Shown: positions 1 to 11,325 of the stretch, piece by piece
Layout of the letters: every line of letters starts with the position of its first letter
How positions within the stretch are numbered: position 1 is the stretch's first letter
IMG/VR virus record: IMGVR_UViG_3300020045_008999
Coordinates: 224,001-288,000 of that record
Source: a virus
Taxonomy: Duplodnaviria > Heunggongvirae > Uroviricota > Caudoviricetes
Length of the DNA stretch: 64,000 nt
Reading direction: 5' to 3' (one strand)
Position numbers and translations under genes: made by a program
The notes under the pieces: model-generated
Databases searched by the model: none
Seen by the model: the letters and a program-made list of their open reading frames with translations, nothing else
What the model was told of the DNA's origin: nothing

Positions 1-45
1 AATTTAAAAGATATATATTTGTATTGTATAATTTAAAATCCAATT

Positions 46-177
46 ATGGAAAATCCAATAAAATGTAATGCAGTGTTATGTTCTTACTGCAGTAGAGAAA
101 AACCAATAGTACACCACAACGGAAATGTTTTGATTTGTGCAGAATGTCAAGAGCTATTAATCGATAGAGGGATGTAA
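46..177 (+). CDS. small zinc-finger protein (43 aa, not in ORF track)
   Basis: MENPIKCNAVLCSYCSREKPIVHHNGNVLICAECQELLIDRGM*; two CxxC pairs; downstream of TATATTTG at 14-21; stop abuts next ATG at 179. Confidence 0.6.
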   Translation: MENPIKCNAVLCSYCSREKPIVHHNGNVLICAECQELLIDRGM

Positions 178-178
178 T

Positions 179-556
179 ATGATAGAATTATTTTATAGCT
201 TCGGTATATTTGCTTTAGTTTACGAATTATGCACACTATGGGGCATCATTAAGTCACTCTGGTTAAGAGAACAATCTAGCATTAAAGCATTCATTAAACC
301 AAGAATGCTTTGGATAAAAATGTCATTTGGTATAATATATTGGGTTTGGATATATATTGGGTTATTCACATCTCAATGGTTATTATTTATTGCCATATTG
401 ATATTATCACTTATTAATAAGAAGCATCCGGTAATCAGGATTATAGATGCAATACTATCGATGATGGTCATAGTGATAATTTTATTAAATAAATATTATT
501 TACACCTCGAACTTTTTGATTATATTTTAGTATATGTTGATAAAATATTATTATAA
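179..556 (+). CDS. hypothetical membrane protein
   Basis: several hydrophobic segments. Confidence 0.6.
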   Translation: MIELFYSFGIFALVYELCTLWGIIKSLWLREQSSIKAFIKPRMLWIKMSFGIIYWVWIYIGLFTSQWLLFIAILILSLINKKHPVIRIIDAILSMMVIVIILLNKYYLHLELFDYILVYVDKILL

Positions 557-557
557 A

Positions 558-836
558 ATGAAGCAACTTATTAGATTATTAGCCAGTATCATAATACTAG
601 CACTTATTACATCATGTGCCGATAGTAAAGAATTTAAAATTGATGGTGAAGACGTTATAGTAGAACCATACGGTTGGGCAAATTCAGCGATAAAGAACGA
701 TAGTATTGTTTATACAATAAATGTTGGAAATTTGGTATGGGATATTCTTTTATCGGAAACTATTATCGTACCGGTGGTATTAACTGCTGATCAATTTTAT
801 GAACCAAGTCATAAAAAACCAAAGACTAATGAGTAA
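558..836 (+). CDS. putative lipoprotein
   Basis: MKQLIRLLASIIILALITS-C lipobox-like signal; start reassigned to ATG at 558. Confidence 0.6.
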   Translation: MKQLIRLLASIIILALITSCADSKEFKIDGEDVIVEPYGWANSAIKNDSIVYTINVGNLVWDILLSETIIVPVVLTADQFYEPSHKKPKTNE

Positions 837-1251
837 TACACCGGTTGTGTCTAATTGTGAGATAATACCATATAAGAAAAGAGATTTAGACCCTCATACT
901 ATAATAGAAGTGTATAAAAATTTACACAAAAATTGTTATTCGATTCGACAGTTAGGTAAAGTCATCGGACACACCACATCATTGTGCATGACCAGCTGCT
1001 ATTTTGTTGTTAATATAAATGGGAAACAGCGAGCAATTGCTACCAATCAAAAAAATGTACATGCATTCATAAAAGGATATTTTTTAGAAATAAGCAACTA
1101 TAATACAACGAACCAAACTTTATATAAAATAACATACGATCCTTATACTAATTCAACTTTTATGCTTGTTGATGGAGATAAAGAAGTCCCTATTCATAAG
1201 GCAACCTATTGCTTTTTTACCAAATCTGGTGCATATACTCACATCACATAA
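829..1251 (+). CDS. conserved phage hypothetical protein
   Basis: VYKNLHK..SI and KNVHAF motifs recalled from phage proteins; start overlaps upstream stop. Confidence 0.5.
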   Translation: MSNTPVVSNCEIIPYKKRDLDPHTIIEVYKNLHKNCYSIRQLGKVIGHTTSLCMTSCYFVVNINGKQRAIATNQKNVHAFIKGYFLEISNYNTTNQTLYKITYDPYTNSTFMLVDGDKEVPIHKATYCFFTKSGAYTHIT

Positions 1252-1306
1252 TTTTATTTAAAACTTTATTTAAATATTTCGATATAATTAACAACACTAA
1301 ATTAAA

Positions 1307-1873
1307 ATGAATAATTTCGGGAAAAAGAAACTCTCTACATCATTAGAACGCGAATGTATTGATGGATTTATATCTAGGTATAAGTATACGTTCAATACGA
1401 ATGTATTGATTGAAAATATTGAAAGAGAAGCATATTATAAAATTGATAACAATGCATCTAACGATATTTTAATCGAAGAACTTGTGAATCAATTTAGGAT
1501 AACATTAAAAAATGTTATAAAAATTGAAGCTAACGAAAAAATAACCACAGACGAAATAAGTAATATGAAGAAAATAAATATAGCAAACTCTGAAAATGTG
1601 AAAAATAATACGACCAAGTCAACGGATACTAGTATTCGACCAGAGCTAGTTTCAGCATTACATGAACTGATTTCAAATGCACCAGATGCGATTGAAATAG
1701 ACAAATGCAATAATACAAAGTCGACTGAATGCACGGCAGTGTTAGATAAAATTGATCAAATGCTCCAGCAGTATTATACACATTTAAAAATGCACCCAGA
1801 TGATAGTAATAAATTTACACGTGGCTCAATTGATGCGGTAGTAACATTGAGATCATTCATTGAGAAGATGTAA
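1307..1873 (+). CDS. hypothetical protein
   Basis: 188-aa ORF behind AAACTTT-N15-TATAAT promoter-like element. Confidence 0.55.
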   Translation: MNNFGKKKLSTSLERECIDGFISRYKYTFNTNVLIENIEREAYYKIDNNASNDILIEELVNQFRITLKNVIKIEANEKITTDEISNMKKINIANSENVKNNTTKSTDTSIRPELVSALHELISNAPDAIEIDKCNNTKSTECTAVLDKIDQMLQQYYTHLKMHPDDSNKFTRGSIDAVVTLRSFIEKM

Positions 1874-1875
1874 AA

Positions 1876-2526
1876 TTATTTGATGAGTACACCCATATTA
1901 TTGTATTTTAGTATTTCATTAATACTCACAACATCAGTAGTAATTATCTCACCATTAATATTAGAACCAATCCATGCATACGTTGCACCGTTAATAGTTA
2001 CTATTTTATAATAAGCAATCGGAATTCTAATTTTACTACCTGGAAGAAATTGTGGATCATTATAATTGTAAACTACACCGGTGATAATAATTGCTTTTAC
2101 TTTATTACTTTTTATCAAATCTTCTACCTGCTTTTCTAAACGGGCCCACTTTCCGCGATTAAAAGCTGCTAGTTGTGGTGATTGATTGAATAGACTAAAG
2201 GACATGTGGTTCAAAGTGTTGTCATAAGATGTAATGTGCGAAGGGGTTAAATGACCTAGATCATACCCACTTCTATTGAACTTAGATTTGGTATATTTGC
2301 CCTTATAAGTATCTTGGAACCATTGATCATTGCGTTCGTTATCCAATTTTCGATATTTAGAATAAGTAATTGTATGTTTGGAAACTGATGTACAAGTATC
2401 GTTGGTTAGGTACAAAATAATATCACCGTGATCTATGATCAATTTGTTAGATGTGACTACGCGGGTTTGTGCTAACAAAACGACCGGTGAAAATAATAAT
2501 AAAAATAATAATAGTAAGTGTTTCAT
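1876..2526 (-). CDS. secreted DNA/RNA non-specific endonuclease (NucA/EndoG His-Me family)
   Basis: signal peptide MKHLLLLFLLLFSPVVLLA; YDLGHLTP active-site motif; NQSPQ..FNRGKW..LE; IP..YYKIV. Confidence 0.85.
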   Translation of the reverse strand: MKHLLLLFLLLFSPVVLLAQTRVVTSNKLIIDHGDIILYLTNDTCTSVSKHTITYSKYRKLDNERNDQWFQDTYKGKYTKSKFNRSGYDLGHLTPSHITSYDNTLNHMSFSLFNQSPQLAAFNRGKWARLEKQVEDLIKSNKVKAIIITGVVYNYNDPQFLPGSKIRIPIAYYKIVTINGATYAWIGSNINGEIITTDVVSINEILKYNNMGVLIK

Positions 2527-2552
2527 TTACTATATATAAAAAAAGAAAATAA

Positions 2553-2862
2553 TATGAACACAAAAATAAATATCGATGATTATTCATCATACTCAAGTGT
2601 AGTCAGTACATTGCAAGGCGATAAAATATTAGGGAAAAATGCAATTGTCGAATTAGTAGATTTGTATTTTTCGAAAAAAACAGAACAATCACAACTTGAA
2701 GCTGCTTCAACTCGAGCATTGCTCGAAGCTGCCAGTTTAAAACATAGCATTGGTCATATTGCCTCTCACCTAAATATGACATATCCATTTACAATCGTCT
2801 TTGAGGATAGAGTTATACAATTTGACAAAGATGGCATTGTGGAAGTGAACAATGTATTTTAA
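2553..2862 (+). CDS. hypothetical protein
   Basis: ORF; likely start MNTKINID. Confidence 0.45.
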
Positions 2863-3028
2863 ATTACCACAATGGGAATGAAAATAACTGATTTGACCGG
2901 TGATGTATTACTAGATATAGAAGTATCTATTGAACTTATTGAATATTTTATAGATTGTAATGAAAAAAGTCACTCAGTGAATATAATTCATTTAAGTGAC
3001 CTTTAATATGTTATAATTTTACTTTTTT

Positions 3029-3313
3029 CTACAAGAGATTGAGCTCTTTCACCCGGCGGTATGTTTCCAAATAACACTCGCGGGATTCATGCTGAATGTC
3101 TCCAAATGTACCAGATAAATAGTTATTATCATTGTGACCATAAACAATTGCCGCAACCGGTGGTAATGAACCGTCTGGTAAATATATACCGAGATCATAA
3201 TTTTTCCCGGAACTATCAGTGAATGGACCTAAATAAATACAATATGACCACATCCACTCCCGAGCAGTTGGATAGAATAATTTAGCACCACACAATAAAT
3301 TTACACTTTTCAT
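3029..3313 (-). CDS. hypothetical protein
   Basis: ORF in minus-strand operon. Confidence 0.5.
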   Translation of the reverse strand: MKSVNLLCGAKLFYPTAREWMWSYCIYLGPFTDSSGKNYDLGIYLPDGSLPPVAAIVYGHNDNNYLSGTFGDIQHESRECYLETYRRVKELNLL

Positions 3314-3346
3314 AGATCAATTTGTTTATATACATTAAAGGGCCTA

Positions 3347-3874
3347 TTATTGGCCTTTCACTACCTCGTAATTGAATTTAACAACAGGCTTGATTTTGGC
3401 GATTACACCGAGTATTTTCACTTCCTCCTTAGTTACCCCACATAGTCGTATTGCTTCGGTCTCGGCAATTTTATAAGAATTGTGACGTACTTTAGATCCC
3501 ACACTACCATCTACAGAAATCATATAGAAATCACAACGATGTATATCGAAATCCACAACTGGACTAAGATGTTTAGATGGAAGTAACGTTTCACGCACAA
3601 TGTCCTGAAAACCATTGCTATAATCCAAAATTGGAAATTTATCAGAATCCAACATTTCAAGACTAGAACGCTCGGTCTTTTTTAAATACAGTAAGTGTTG
3701 TTCAACATCTTTATCGGATGCCAAAATGAATTTAGCAAACTCTGTATTTGGTATAAGTTTAGTTCCACCAAATCGACTTAAAACAATAGTAGTAGCAGAA
3801 TGATTTACATATTGATAGTACTCATTCCCAGGTGCAATTACCCATATACCGTATTTAATTGTATTCAAATTCAT
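3347..3874 (-). CDS. phage hypothetical protein
   Basis: C-terminal H.SY..AE.EA.RL motif recalled from phage proteins. Confidence 0.55.
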   Translation of the reverse strand: MNLNTIKYGIWVIAPGNEYYQYVNHSATTIVLSRFGGTKLIPNTEFAKFILASDKDVEQHLLYLKKTERSSLEMLDSDKFPILDYSNGFQDIVRETLLPSKHLSPVVDFDIHRCDFYMISVDGSVGSKVRHNSYKIAETEAIRLCGVTKEEVKILGVIAKIKPVVKFNYEVVKGQ

Positions 3875-3884
3875 ATATTCAAGT

Positions 3885-4259
3885 TTATATAGTTATTGAA
3901 ATTAGTTTAGATAAATTTTCAAGTTCACCTAATATAAGTTTTCCTAGTTCGTTTGGATCATCCAAGGTTTCAGTGGGATGGAATGACTTCAGTGAATATT
4001 TATCGCCGCTATATTTTGATCGGGGATCTAATTTATCCAAAGTTTTGTCATAGCTAACTGCTAGATTATAGTGTCGACCATCGTATGTTTTAACTTTCCA
4101 CTTCTCCAATAAAACAACGCGAAACCCCTTTTGTAAATAATCATTTATTTTTTTATAATAATAACTTTGATTATTTTTTGAGCGGTACACTGAGTTTTTA
4201 CAAATATCTTGAATTGATTTGAATTGAACCGTTTCTATATTTTTTTGGATGGTTTCCAT
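3885..4259 (-). CDS. hypothetical protein
   Basis: ORF downstream of TACGTTTG (4282-4289, minus). Confidence 0.55.
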   Translation of the reverse strand: METIQKNIETVQFKSIQDICKNSVYRSKNNQSYYYKKINDYLQKGFRVVLLEKWKVKTYDGRHYNLAVSYDKTLDKLDPRSKYSGDKYSLKSFHPTETLDDPNELGKLILGELENLSKLISITI

Positions 4260-4342
4260 TTACTAAAAGTTTTAGACAATACAAACGTATGAAAAAAAAA
4301 TGATTAAAACAAGAAATATTTTAATTTAATACACCCGATTAG

Positions 4343-4570
4343 TTATCGGCGGGTAAAATTTTGATAGTATTTAAATGCATCAAGAGCATTGGAAATAAAT
4401 GGATCATTTATTTCTCTAGTCGGTATTGGCAATAGACTAGATTTCAAATTAGGTTTAAAATGAACCGTGATGTTAGCAACACAATCCACCATTACTGAAT
4501 TTATATACTTAATTATAAATTCATGTTGTAGTGCTTTTAATTTTACCAAAAGTATTTTAAGCTGTTTCAT
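4343..4570 (-). CDS. hypothetical protein
   Basis: ORF downstream of TATATTTG (4584-4591, minus). Confidence 0.4.
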   Translation of the reverse strand: MKQLKILLVKLKALQHEFIIKYINSVMVDCVANITVHFKPNLKSSLLPIPTREINDPFISNALDAFKYYQNFTRR

Positions 4571-4659
4571 ATTTATTTTTTATCAAATATAATCATTAGA
4601 ATGTTAAAATTATATGATTTTAACATTTTTAACATTCAATTTGGTTAAGCTATTCTAAG

Positions 4660-4872
4660 TCAGAATTTAATATTTCCATTTTTATCAGCTCTTAACATCC
4701 CGCTCTTTAAGTACATTCGCTCGCCACATTTCGCACACAGTATTTCATTTGTATCGCCATGATGATTACATGGACCACACATCAAATAAAATCGTTTGTT
4801 ACTGACACGCGTCTTTTTATTACTACCACCGAAGTCGTAATCATTGCGTCCACCTTTTCCTTCGTATTCCAT
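4660..4872 (-). CDS. small zinc-ribbon protein
   Basis: CGPC and CAKC pairs. Confidence 0.5.
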   Translation of the reverse strand: MEYEGKGGRNDYDFGGSNKKTRVSNKRFYLMCGPCNHHGDTNEILCAKCGERMYLKSGMLRADKNGNIKF

Positions 4873-4922
4873 ATTACGGATTTTAGTTTTTTGAAAATCA
4901 ACACATTAGAACAATCTTGTAG

Positions 4923-5477
<555 letters not shown>

Positions 5478-5484
5478 CTATATA

Positions 5485-5991
5485 TTATTTTAATATTTTA
5501 CCAATGTTTTCTAGACGAAGTGAATCTTGGTCCAAATATCCATCCCAATTATGTAGGGAGAAGTGAGCATCATGTTGCTTAATAAGTTGTTCGATGAGTG
5601 ATTTTATCATATCGATGTTATTTGGATTTCCATCAAAAGTCATTGACTTACCATCAGAATAATAAGTAAAAGAGTTGTTGAAATAAACTGCGACTAATAT
5701 ACCCGGTCTATAAGCAATTAAATATTTGCTACCTTTATAAACTACCCATTTACCATATAATAAATAGGTATATATAACTCGTGGTGTGTCAAACAACGAA
5801 CCCAATTTAGTATTATGATAATAAATATTGCTAAATAAACCAAATATACCATATGTAATAATGCCAAAAAGCATCGCATAAAGGTATGACGTACCGTAAT
5901 AATTACATATTAATAAAAGTGCCAGTGCTATCATAAAATGAGCTAGAACACCAAATATTATAAATGTATATAATTTATTTTTCTGTGACAT
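5485..5991 (-). CDS. membrane protein with C-terminal R-x3-I-x2-IL tag
   Basis: two N-terminal TM segments; ends RLENIGKILK. Confidence 0.6.
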   Translation of the reverse strand: MSQKNKLYTFIIFGVLAHFMIALALLLICNYYGTSYLYAMLFGIITYGIFGLFSNIYYHNTKLGSLFDTPRVIYTYLLYGKWVVYKGSKYLIAYRPGILVAVYFNNSFTYYSDGKSMTFDGNPNNIDMIKSLIEQLIKQHDAHFSLHNWDGYLDQDSLRLENIGKILK

Positions 5992-5996
5992 AATTA

Positions 5997-6599
5997 TTAT
6001 CCCATTTTAGGTCGGAATGATGTTTTCAAATCAAATCCTTTGTTGATAATTTTATTTGAATTTGTAATTGGTGCAATATTTGATTGTTTCTCATCAATCA
6101 TACTAGAAATGTAATTGGAAATCATGTGATATACTTTTTCGGCATCTAAATAACTAAAAAGATTGAAATCAGTGAGACGAGGATATTTCGTATAATCACT
6201 AATTTGTCCATTCCATCTATAAAACCCAACTAAAATTGGTGCGCCTTCAATTTTATTAATATTAGATTTGTCTTCCACAATAAGCCCACTAACTCTATAA
6301 CAATCATTATCCACACGGACATTATAATACAAATCTGACCTAATATCAGCATGACTAAATGGTAGTGGACGCTTTGTTGGTATTTCACCAATTAGTGCCA
6401 GGTCATCGCCATAATAAAAATTTCCATTGATACACATCCCATCAATTTTAAATCCACCTATAATTAAACAGAAATGACGTGTGCTAGACGACAGGTCCGA
6501 AACACTACCAGTTGTACGATCAAGTACTATTAGTGGGTCAATGCCATAAATACCCATTAGGTAGTCGTAGCCATCTTTGTATTTTGATATGATTTTCAT
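5997..6599 (-). CDS. conserved phage hypothetical protein
   Basis: MKIISKYKDGYDY..GID N-terminus and KI..KGFD.K.SFR C-terminus recalled from large phages. Confidence 0.6.
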   Translation of the reverse strand: MKIISKYKDGYDYLMGIYGIDPLIVLDRTTGSVSDLSSSTRHFCLIIGGFKIDGMCINGNFYYGDDLALIGEIPTKRPLPFSHADIRSDLYYNVRVDNDCYRVSGLIVEDKSNINKIEGAPILVGFYRWNGQISDYTKYPRLTDFNLFSYLDAEKVYHMISNYISSMIDEKQSNIAPITNSNKIINKGFDLKTSFRPKMG

Positions 6600-6666
6600 A
6601 AAAATAATATTTGCTTACAAATATAGTATTTTTCAACACATAAAGAGTAAAAATATACAAAAATAT

Positions 6667-7002
6667 TTATATTTTCTTTTCAACATATGTAACCACTTCA
6701 CCCGTTGCAAATCCTTTTTCGATTAATAATGGTAGAGAGGTGTTTTTACACCAGGCATATACCAAATAATTTTTGTAATTATCACAGACATATTCCCATC
6801 GAGTATCCCACAACATGCGATAAATTCCTTGGCGGCGATAATCTATCGAAACCCAAGCATCCATTAATTTTAATCGGTTGTTTGGTTCGATATTCATGAA
6901 CACATGGCCAACAGTTTCATTAGTGGACAAATCTATGGCAAACCACATTTCTACATTTTGAGCGTTAGGTTTCAGATGGGATATTATTATTTGGGATTTC
7001 AT
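6667..7002 (-). CDS. GNAT acetyltransferase
   Basis: acetyl-CoA motif A V..DYRRQGI; KGF near C-terminus. Confidence 0.8.
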   Translation of the reverse strand: MKSQIIISHLKPNAQNVEMWFAIDLSTNETVGHVFMNIEPNNRLKLMDAWVSIDYRRQGIYRMLWDTRWEYVCDNYKNYLVYAWCKNTSLPLLIEKGFATGEVVTYVEKKI

Positions 7003-7080
7003 AGCGTATATATTATTTTTATTAACATCAAAAATACATCAAAATAATTAATTATTTGTTACATTTGTAAAAAATATAAT

Positions 7081-7878
7081 ATGAATATTCACTTTACTGA
7101 CGTTAAATTATTTGAAAACTTAAAAAAGGCAACCTTAGCCAAAGTTATCATCGGAAGTAAGATGTATGGGACCAGTGTAGATGGTCACTCAGATACTGAT
7201 TATCTATACATTTATGCTACCTCGGAAACCGAATTATTATCATGTATTCAAAGTCACCACCAATTACAGTTCAGTGAAAATAAAGTCGATCATATTTTTG
7301 TATCATTACACAGTTTTATCAAAAATACATTAAGTGGTGATTCCACTATAAATTTCGAAGTAATACATTCGAATTCGTTAAATGGGACTGTCCTAGAATG
7401 GATTTCAGAGAAGCGAAATATGTTTTTAACGTATAGTGTGATCCGAAGTTATATTGGATTATGTAGGCGTGATATTAAGCATTTTGGTAAATATTCATCA
7501 GAGTATGAAAAACGAAAACGATTTGGACATATTATCCGCGGGGTAATTTACACAAGATCATTTTTAAATGGTTCTTTTGATTTTCTTAAATCAAACTTAG
7601 AATTGGTTAATACATTAAAAGAAATCGATTTCAATTCCGGAAAATTACTTCGCGAATATACATCAGAAGTATCAAAATTTCGCGAATTACTTACCTCATA
7701 TTACAATGACAACACATTATTGATTGCTAAGAATGTAAATGTCGAAGATGCAATAATATTCAATAAATTATTGATCAAAATGTGCGAGTCTGAAGTATTT
7801 AAATCGAAACAACTCATATTAACTAATTTCGATATGAGACCATTCATCAACAGTTATGAAAACTGGATTTCCTATTAG
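7081..7878 (+). CDS. Pol-beta superfamily nucleotidyltransferase (RlaP-like), copy 1
   Basis: IGSKMYG...SDTDY signature; I.SY.G...RD. Confidence 0.75.
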   Translation: MNIHFTDVKLFENLKKATLAKVIIGSKMYGTSVDGHSDTDYLYIYATSETELLSCIQSHHQLQFSENKVDHIFVSLHSFIKNTLSGDSTINFEVIHSNSLNGTVLEWISEKRNMFLTYSVIRSYIGLCRRDIKHFGKYSSEYEKRKRFGHIIRGVIYTRSFLNGSFDFLKSNLELVNTLKEIDFNSGKLLREYTSEVSKFRELLTSYYNDNTLLIAKNVNVEDAIIFNKLLIKMCESEVFKSKQLILTNFDMRPFINSYENWISY

Positions 7879-8076
7879 CTACATGAACCAATAAATATCA
7901 AGTATTCCGAGCTGCAATCGTCGATGATTTCCATCATAGTAAAGTGATTGATAAGAGAAATTAAAACAAAATGATATGTCAAGAATCACAATGTTTGTCA
8001 AATCAGTTACCCAGGTAGAATGTGGGGTGGGATTTGTTGAATCACATATTTCCAACCCATATTTATATAGTTTCAT
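7879..8076 (-). CDS. hypothetical protein
   Basis: short ORF continuing minus-strand operon. Confidence 0.45.
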   Translation of the reverse strand: MKLYKYGLEICDSTNPTPHSTWVTDLTNIVILDISFCFNFSYQSLYYDGNHRRLQLGILDIYWFM

Positions 8077-8080
8077 AATT

Positions 8081-9175
8081 TTAATCTTTTATTTTTCTTT
8101 TAAATTTTTTTCGCATTTTCACAACCGCCTCATTGAGTTCAGATATGTTAACAATTTTAACAGATGGGTATAATTTGTAAACCCATCTCCAGTCTAAAAA
8201 AACATCATATACTAGTAGTGTAGGCTTACCCATCATCCCAGATAAATGGGCGGTCACTGTATCTACGGTGATGACAAAGTCAACTTTTTCAATTTCGTCA
8301 AATGTCTTTTCAAAATTAGAAATATCGGGATTCGACATCCATGGCAAGGAACTATCCATTTGTAATGATACAATTTCAGTATTACCATCATCGATTGCTA
8401 ATTTAAATGCATCTACTGATAATGTTCGAAGACCGGAACTTTTGGATATGGCATTAGCAGCCCATGTAATTCCAATTCGGAACCTATCTGTATTGAAATG
8501 TTTAGTTTTGAATGTTTTTAGCTCCATACCATTCGATTTCAAATATGATGAAAATACGTCACCACTACTAATCCAACAGTCATATTGCATCACCATTTCG
8601 TAACTAAGTTTATCAGAAGCGGTGAATGTAACATTATCACATTGATATTGAGAACTAAATAAATTTTGCATTTTTTCATATACCTGATACTGCACACGAG
8701 TGGCTACTTCGGCAAGTGCATAGATTCCCCTTGAGAACATAATTTCATCGCCATATCCTTGTTCATTCATTACTAAAACGTTCTTACCTCGACATTCCTC
8801 TATACTCAACACGTGCTCAATTGGTAGGTTAGGGAAATTATTACGATTGCCATAATAACGATACTGATAAAGATTCATCCCTTCTCTTAGCTTATTATTG
8901 TGTAGCATAGACATAGACAATTCATAACCGCAATTATGGTTGAAATAATTATAAAAGCCCGTCGCGAATGCAATTTCAGCATCTTCATAATTCATTAGCG
9001 AAAAGTGACATAATCCTATATTATAATAAATTATGCCCTTATCAGTAAATGAAGTATTTCTCAATGTTGATTCGTATAAGGTCTTGGCTATATTGTAATT
9101 CCCTCGTTCGTATTCAGATATTGCATTTGCTACTATATCGGATACTGACAATTTAGTTTCAATGTTATTTGACAT
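8081..9175 (-). CDS. TPR-containing GT-B glycosyltransferase (GT9/heptosyltransferase-like)
   Basis: N-terminal TPRs (YYNIGLCHF...YEDA); EQGYGDEIMFSR; VITVDTVTAHLSG.MGKPT; DWRW. Confidence 0.8.
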   Translation of the reverse strand: MSNNIETKLSVSDIVANAISEYERGNYNIAKTLYESTLRNTSFTDKGIIYYNIGLCHFSLMNYEDAEIAFATGFYNYFNHNCGYELSMSMLHNNKLREGMNLYQYRYYGNRNNFPNLPIEHVLSIEECRGKNVLVMNEQGYGDEIMFSRGIYALAEVATRVQYQVYEKMQNLFSSQYQCDNVTFTASDKLSYEMVMQYDCWISSGDVFSSYLKSNGMELKTFKTKHFNTDRFRIGITWAANAISKSSGLRTLSVDAFKLAIDDGNTEIVSLQMDSSLPWMSNPDISNFEKTFDEIEKVDFVITVDTVTAHLSGMMGKPTLLVYDVFLDWRWVYKLYPSVKIVNISELNEAVVKMRKKFKRKIKD

Positions 9176-9367
9176 AATATTATTTTATCGATTTCAATTC
9201 TTTTAATACATCCTTTAATATCATTATTCGCACTTTAAACGAAGTGATGTTCTCATAGGCAGAAAGATATTCAATCTTATCTTCAATTATTTTTATAGCA
9301 GCTTCCATATATGATATTTTTTACAAATATATGGTATTTACAACAATTATCCAAATCAACTATATTT

Positions 9368-9949
9368 TTATTTAACCGTATCCATAAGACGTTTGAAATT
9401 AGATAAATTCAATTGATCACCGTGCCAAATTGATGTACCATATTGTTTATTGATTATCTCACTTATATATTTACGGTTGTTCAATATTTCTACCGGTATA
9501 TTCTCACTCATAAGATATGATTTACATCCTGATGTGGCATATTTAGTGGTTTTAAGATATGGGTTATATCGAAAGTTATAATAACCTTTGACCTTAAATG
9601 GGCTATGTTCAAGAGTGTGCAACGAATTCGCAGAACAGTTGAAATTACCACCAACATTCTGGGGACAGCCCCAAAGTGTTGTTAAATTATTATCGTTCAC
9701 ATATACATTACCAACAACGGTATGTGGCATCCCAACCAAATCAATCAGTTGATTACCGGAACAGTCAAAATCGCCATTTACTTTACGAAATTTAATTGGA
9801 ATTTTTGTAAGGCCTTTACTATTCAGCCAAACACTCCCATTCACATCAATACTATAATCACCATTTATGGTATAATTTTGTATTTTATATTCAGTACATA
9901 ATTTTTCTATTTCTAAAATATCTTTAGTAAATTTCTCGAACATTTTCAT
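9368..9949 (-). CDS. leucine-rich-repeat-like phage protein with CTS-like N-terminus
   Basis: repeats N.L..L.G.P..V.G.F.C; starts MKMFEKF; late-type TTAATATATA upstream. Confidence 0.7.
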   Translation of the reverse strand: MKMFEKFTKDILEIEKLCTEYKIQNYTINGDYSIDVNGSVWLNSKGLTKIPIKFRKVNGDFDCSGNQLIDLVGMPHTVVGNVYVNDNNLTTLWGCPQNVGGNFNCSANSLHTLEHSPFKVKGYYNFRYNPYLKTTKYATSGCKSYLMSENIPVEILNNRKYISEIINKQYGTSIWHGDQLNLSNFKRLMDTVK

Positions 9950-10089
9950 CTATTAAGATTATATTTAATTCACTATATATTAAATGTGTATATGTTGTTT
10001 TTAATACGATAACATACAATTGAAGAAATGTTAATAAAAATATTCATTACACATGGTAGTTGTATTGTTTTTATTATTATATTTGTAGT

Positions 10090-10818
10090 ATGAATTATAC
10101 AATAGTAAAAGATGTCGATGAGTTGAAGCAGTTCATCGAATGGCTCCCAGATTTGAAGCGCACACAGAAATACTACGTATCTCTTTTTGCACGCAATAAA
10201 TACAAAGGTACCGAGGGACTTAAACAGGATAAAGCACAATTGAAACGTTTCACTAGTGATAAGGAAATGTTGTTGGAAAAAATTCTCAAATTAGAAGTAA
10301 GAGAGGGTTTATATACGATAGACGGCTTGGTGATAAACGAAAAATCTCTTGCACTATACATAACACCGAACCCACGTGACATGACACTCGCTACAAAACG
10401 TTTGGCAACTAAAATTGCAAAAAAAGTAGAAATGGATTATGTACTTGATAACCCACATTCATTAGCAATGAATGAAATTCAAACAGCTGGTACCAAATAT
10501 AGTAAATATTTCCAAGATGTAGATATTGACTTAACGGTAACTGGATTGGAGTGTGATCGTGGATTAATACATGCCGAAATTTTGGAATCTGTATTAAAAT
10601 TCATTAACACAGAGGCAATTACCGTTATAGAGACTCATGGTGGGTATCATTATTTAGTAAATAAATCCAAAGTTTCCAGCGAATTTAAAAACAAATGGTT
10701 TATGGGATTTAAATCTATGGAAACCACTTTGTATAAAATTACTATGAATGGCGATAATTTAATACCGGTTCCCGGATGTACTCAAGGTGGTAAATCTCCT
10801 AAAATACTATTCAAATAA
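10090..10818 (+). CDS. AEP/PrimPol-superfamily-like protein
   Basis: DVDID and ETHGGYH motifs; start reassigned to 10090 after TATATTTG. Confidence 0.5.
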   Translation: MNYTIVKDVDELKQFIEWLPDLKRTQKYYVSLFARNKYKGTEGLKQDKAQLKRFTSDKEMLLEKILKLEVREGLYTIDGLVINEKSLALYITPNPRDMTLATKRLATKIAKKVEMDYVLDNPHSLAMNEIQTAGTKYSKYFQDVDIDLTVTGLECDRGLIHAEILESVLKFINTEAITVIETHGGYHYLVNKSKVSSEFKNKWFMGFKSMETTLYKITMNGDNLIPVPGCTQGGKSPKILFK

Positions 10819-10830
10819 AAATATCATATT

Positions 10831-11325
10831 ATGACTAATGCCGAAATTTGTGTAATTTTTTTAGCTGGGTGTATAGTTGTTTTATTATACCTGTTGATCA
10901 AGAATATTAATAGTAATAGTGTTATCAAAGATTTAATTAATGATAATGTGAAATTGAAACGAGAAAACGATGATTTAAATCTGAAAATATTAAATTCTAA
11001 AAATAAAAAAATACTAGATAAATGGAGAACCGGTGCATCCTGTATTCACTCAATGGATTTAGTCAACAACAAAGGTACCGATACAGAAGTATGCTTCATT
11101 GCATCATACACATCCGAAATAATAGAAATATCCGAAACAAAACTTAAAATAGCACCAATCAGTGTAATAACCAATGTGAGCTCACAAAATACCCCCAGTA
11201 CACTTGCTGGTATTCTGGCTTATGGAAATGGTTTATGGATTAATAAATACGACGCTGAGTTAATATTAGATAATGCACAAAACCGAATTTCAAAAATACA
11301 CGATATACTATCAAATGATGAATAA
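10831..11325 (+). CDS. membrane-anchored coiled-coil protein with C-terminal tag
   Basis: N-terminal TM; ends RISKIHDILSNDE. Confidence 0.55.
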   Translation: MTNAEICVIFLAGCIVVLLYLLIKNINSNSVIKDLINDNVKLKRENDDLNLKILNSKNKKILDKWRTGASCIHSMDLVNNKGTDTEVCFIASYTSEIIEISETKLKIAPISVITNVSSQNTPSTLAGILAYGNGLWINKYDAELILDNAQNRISKIHDILSNDE

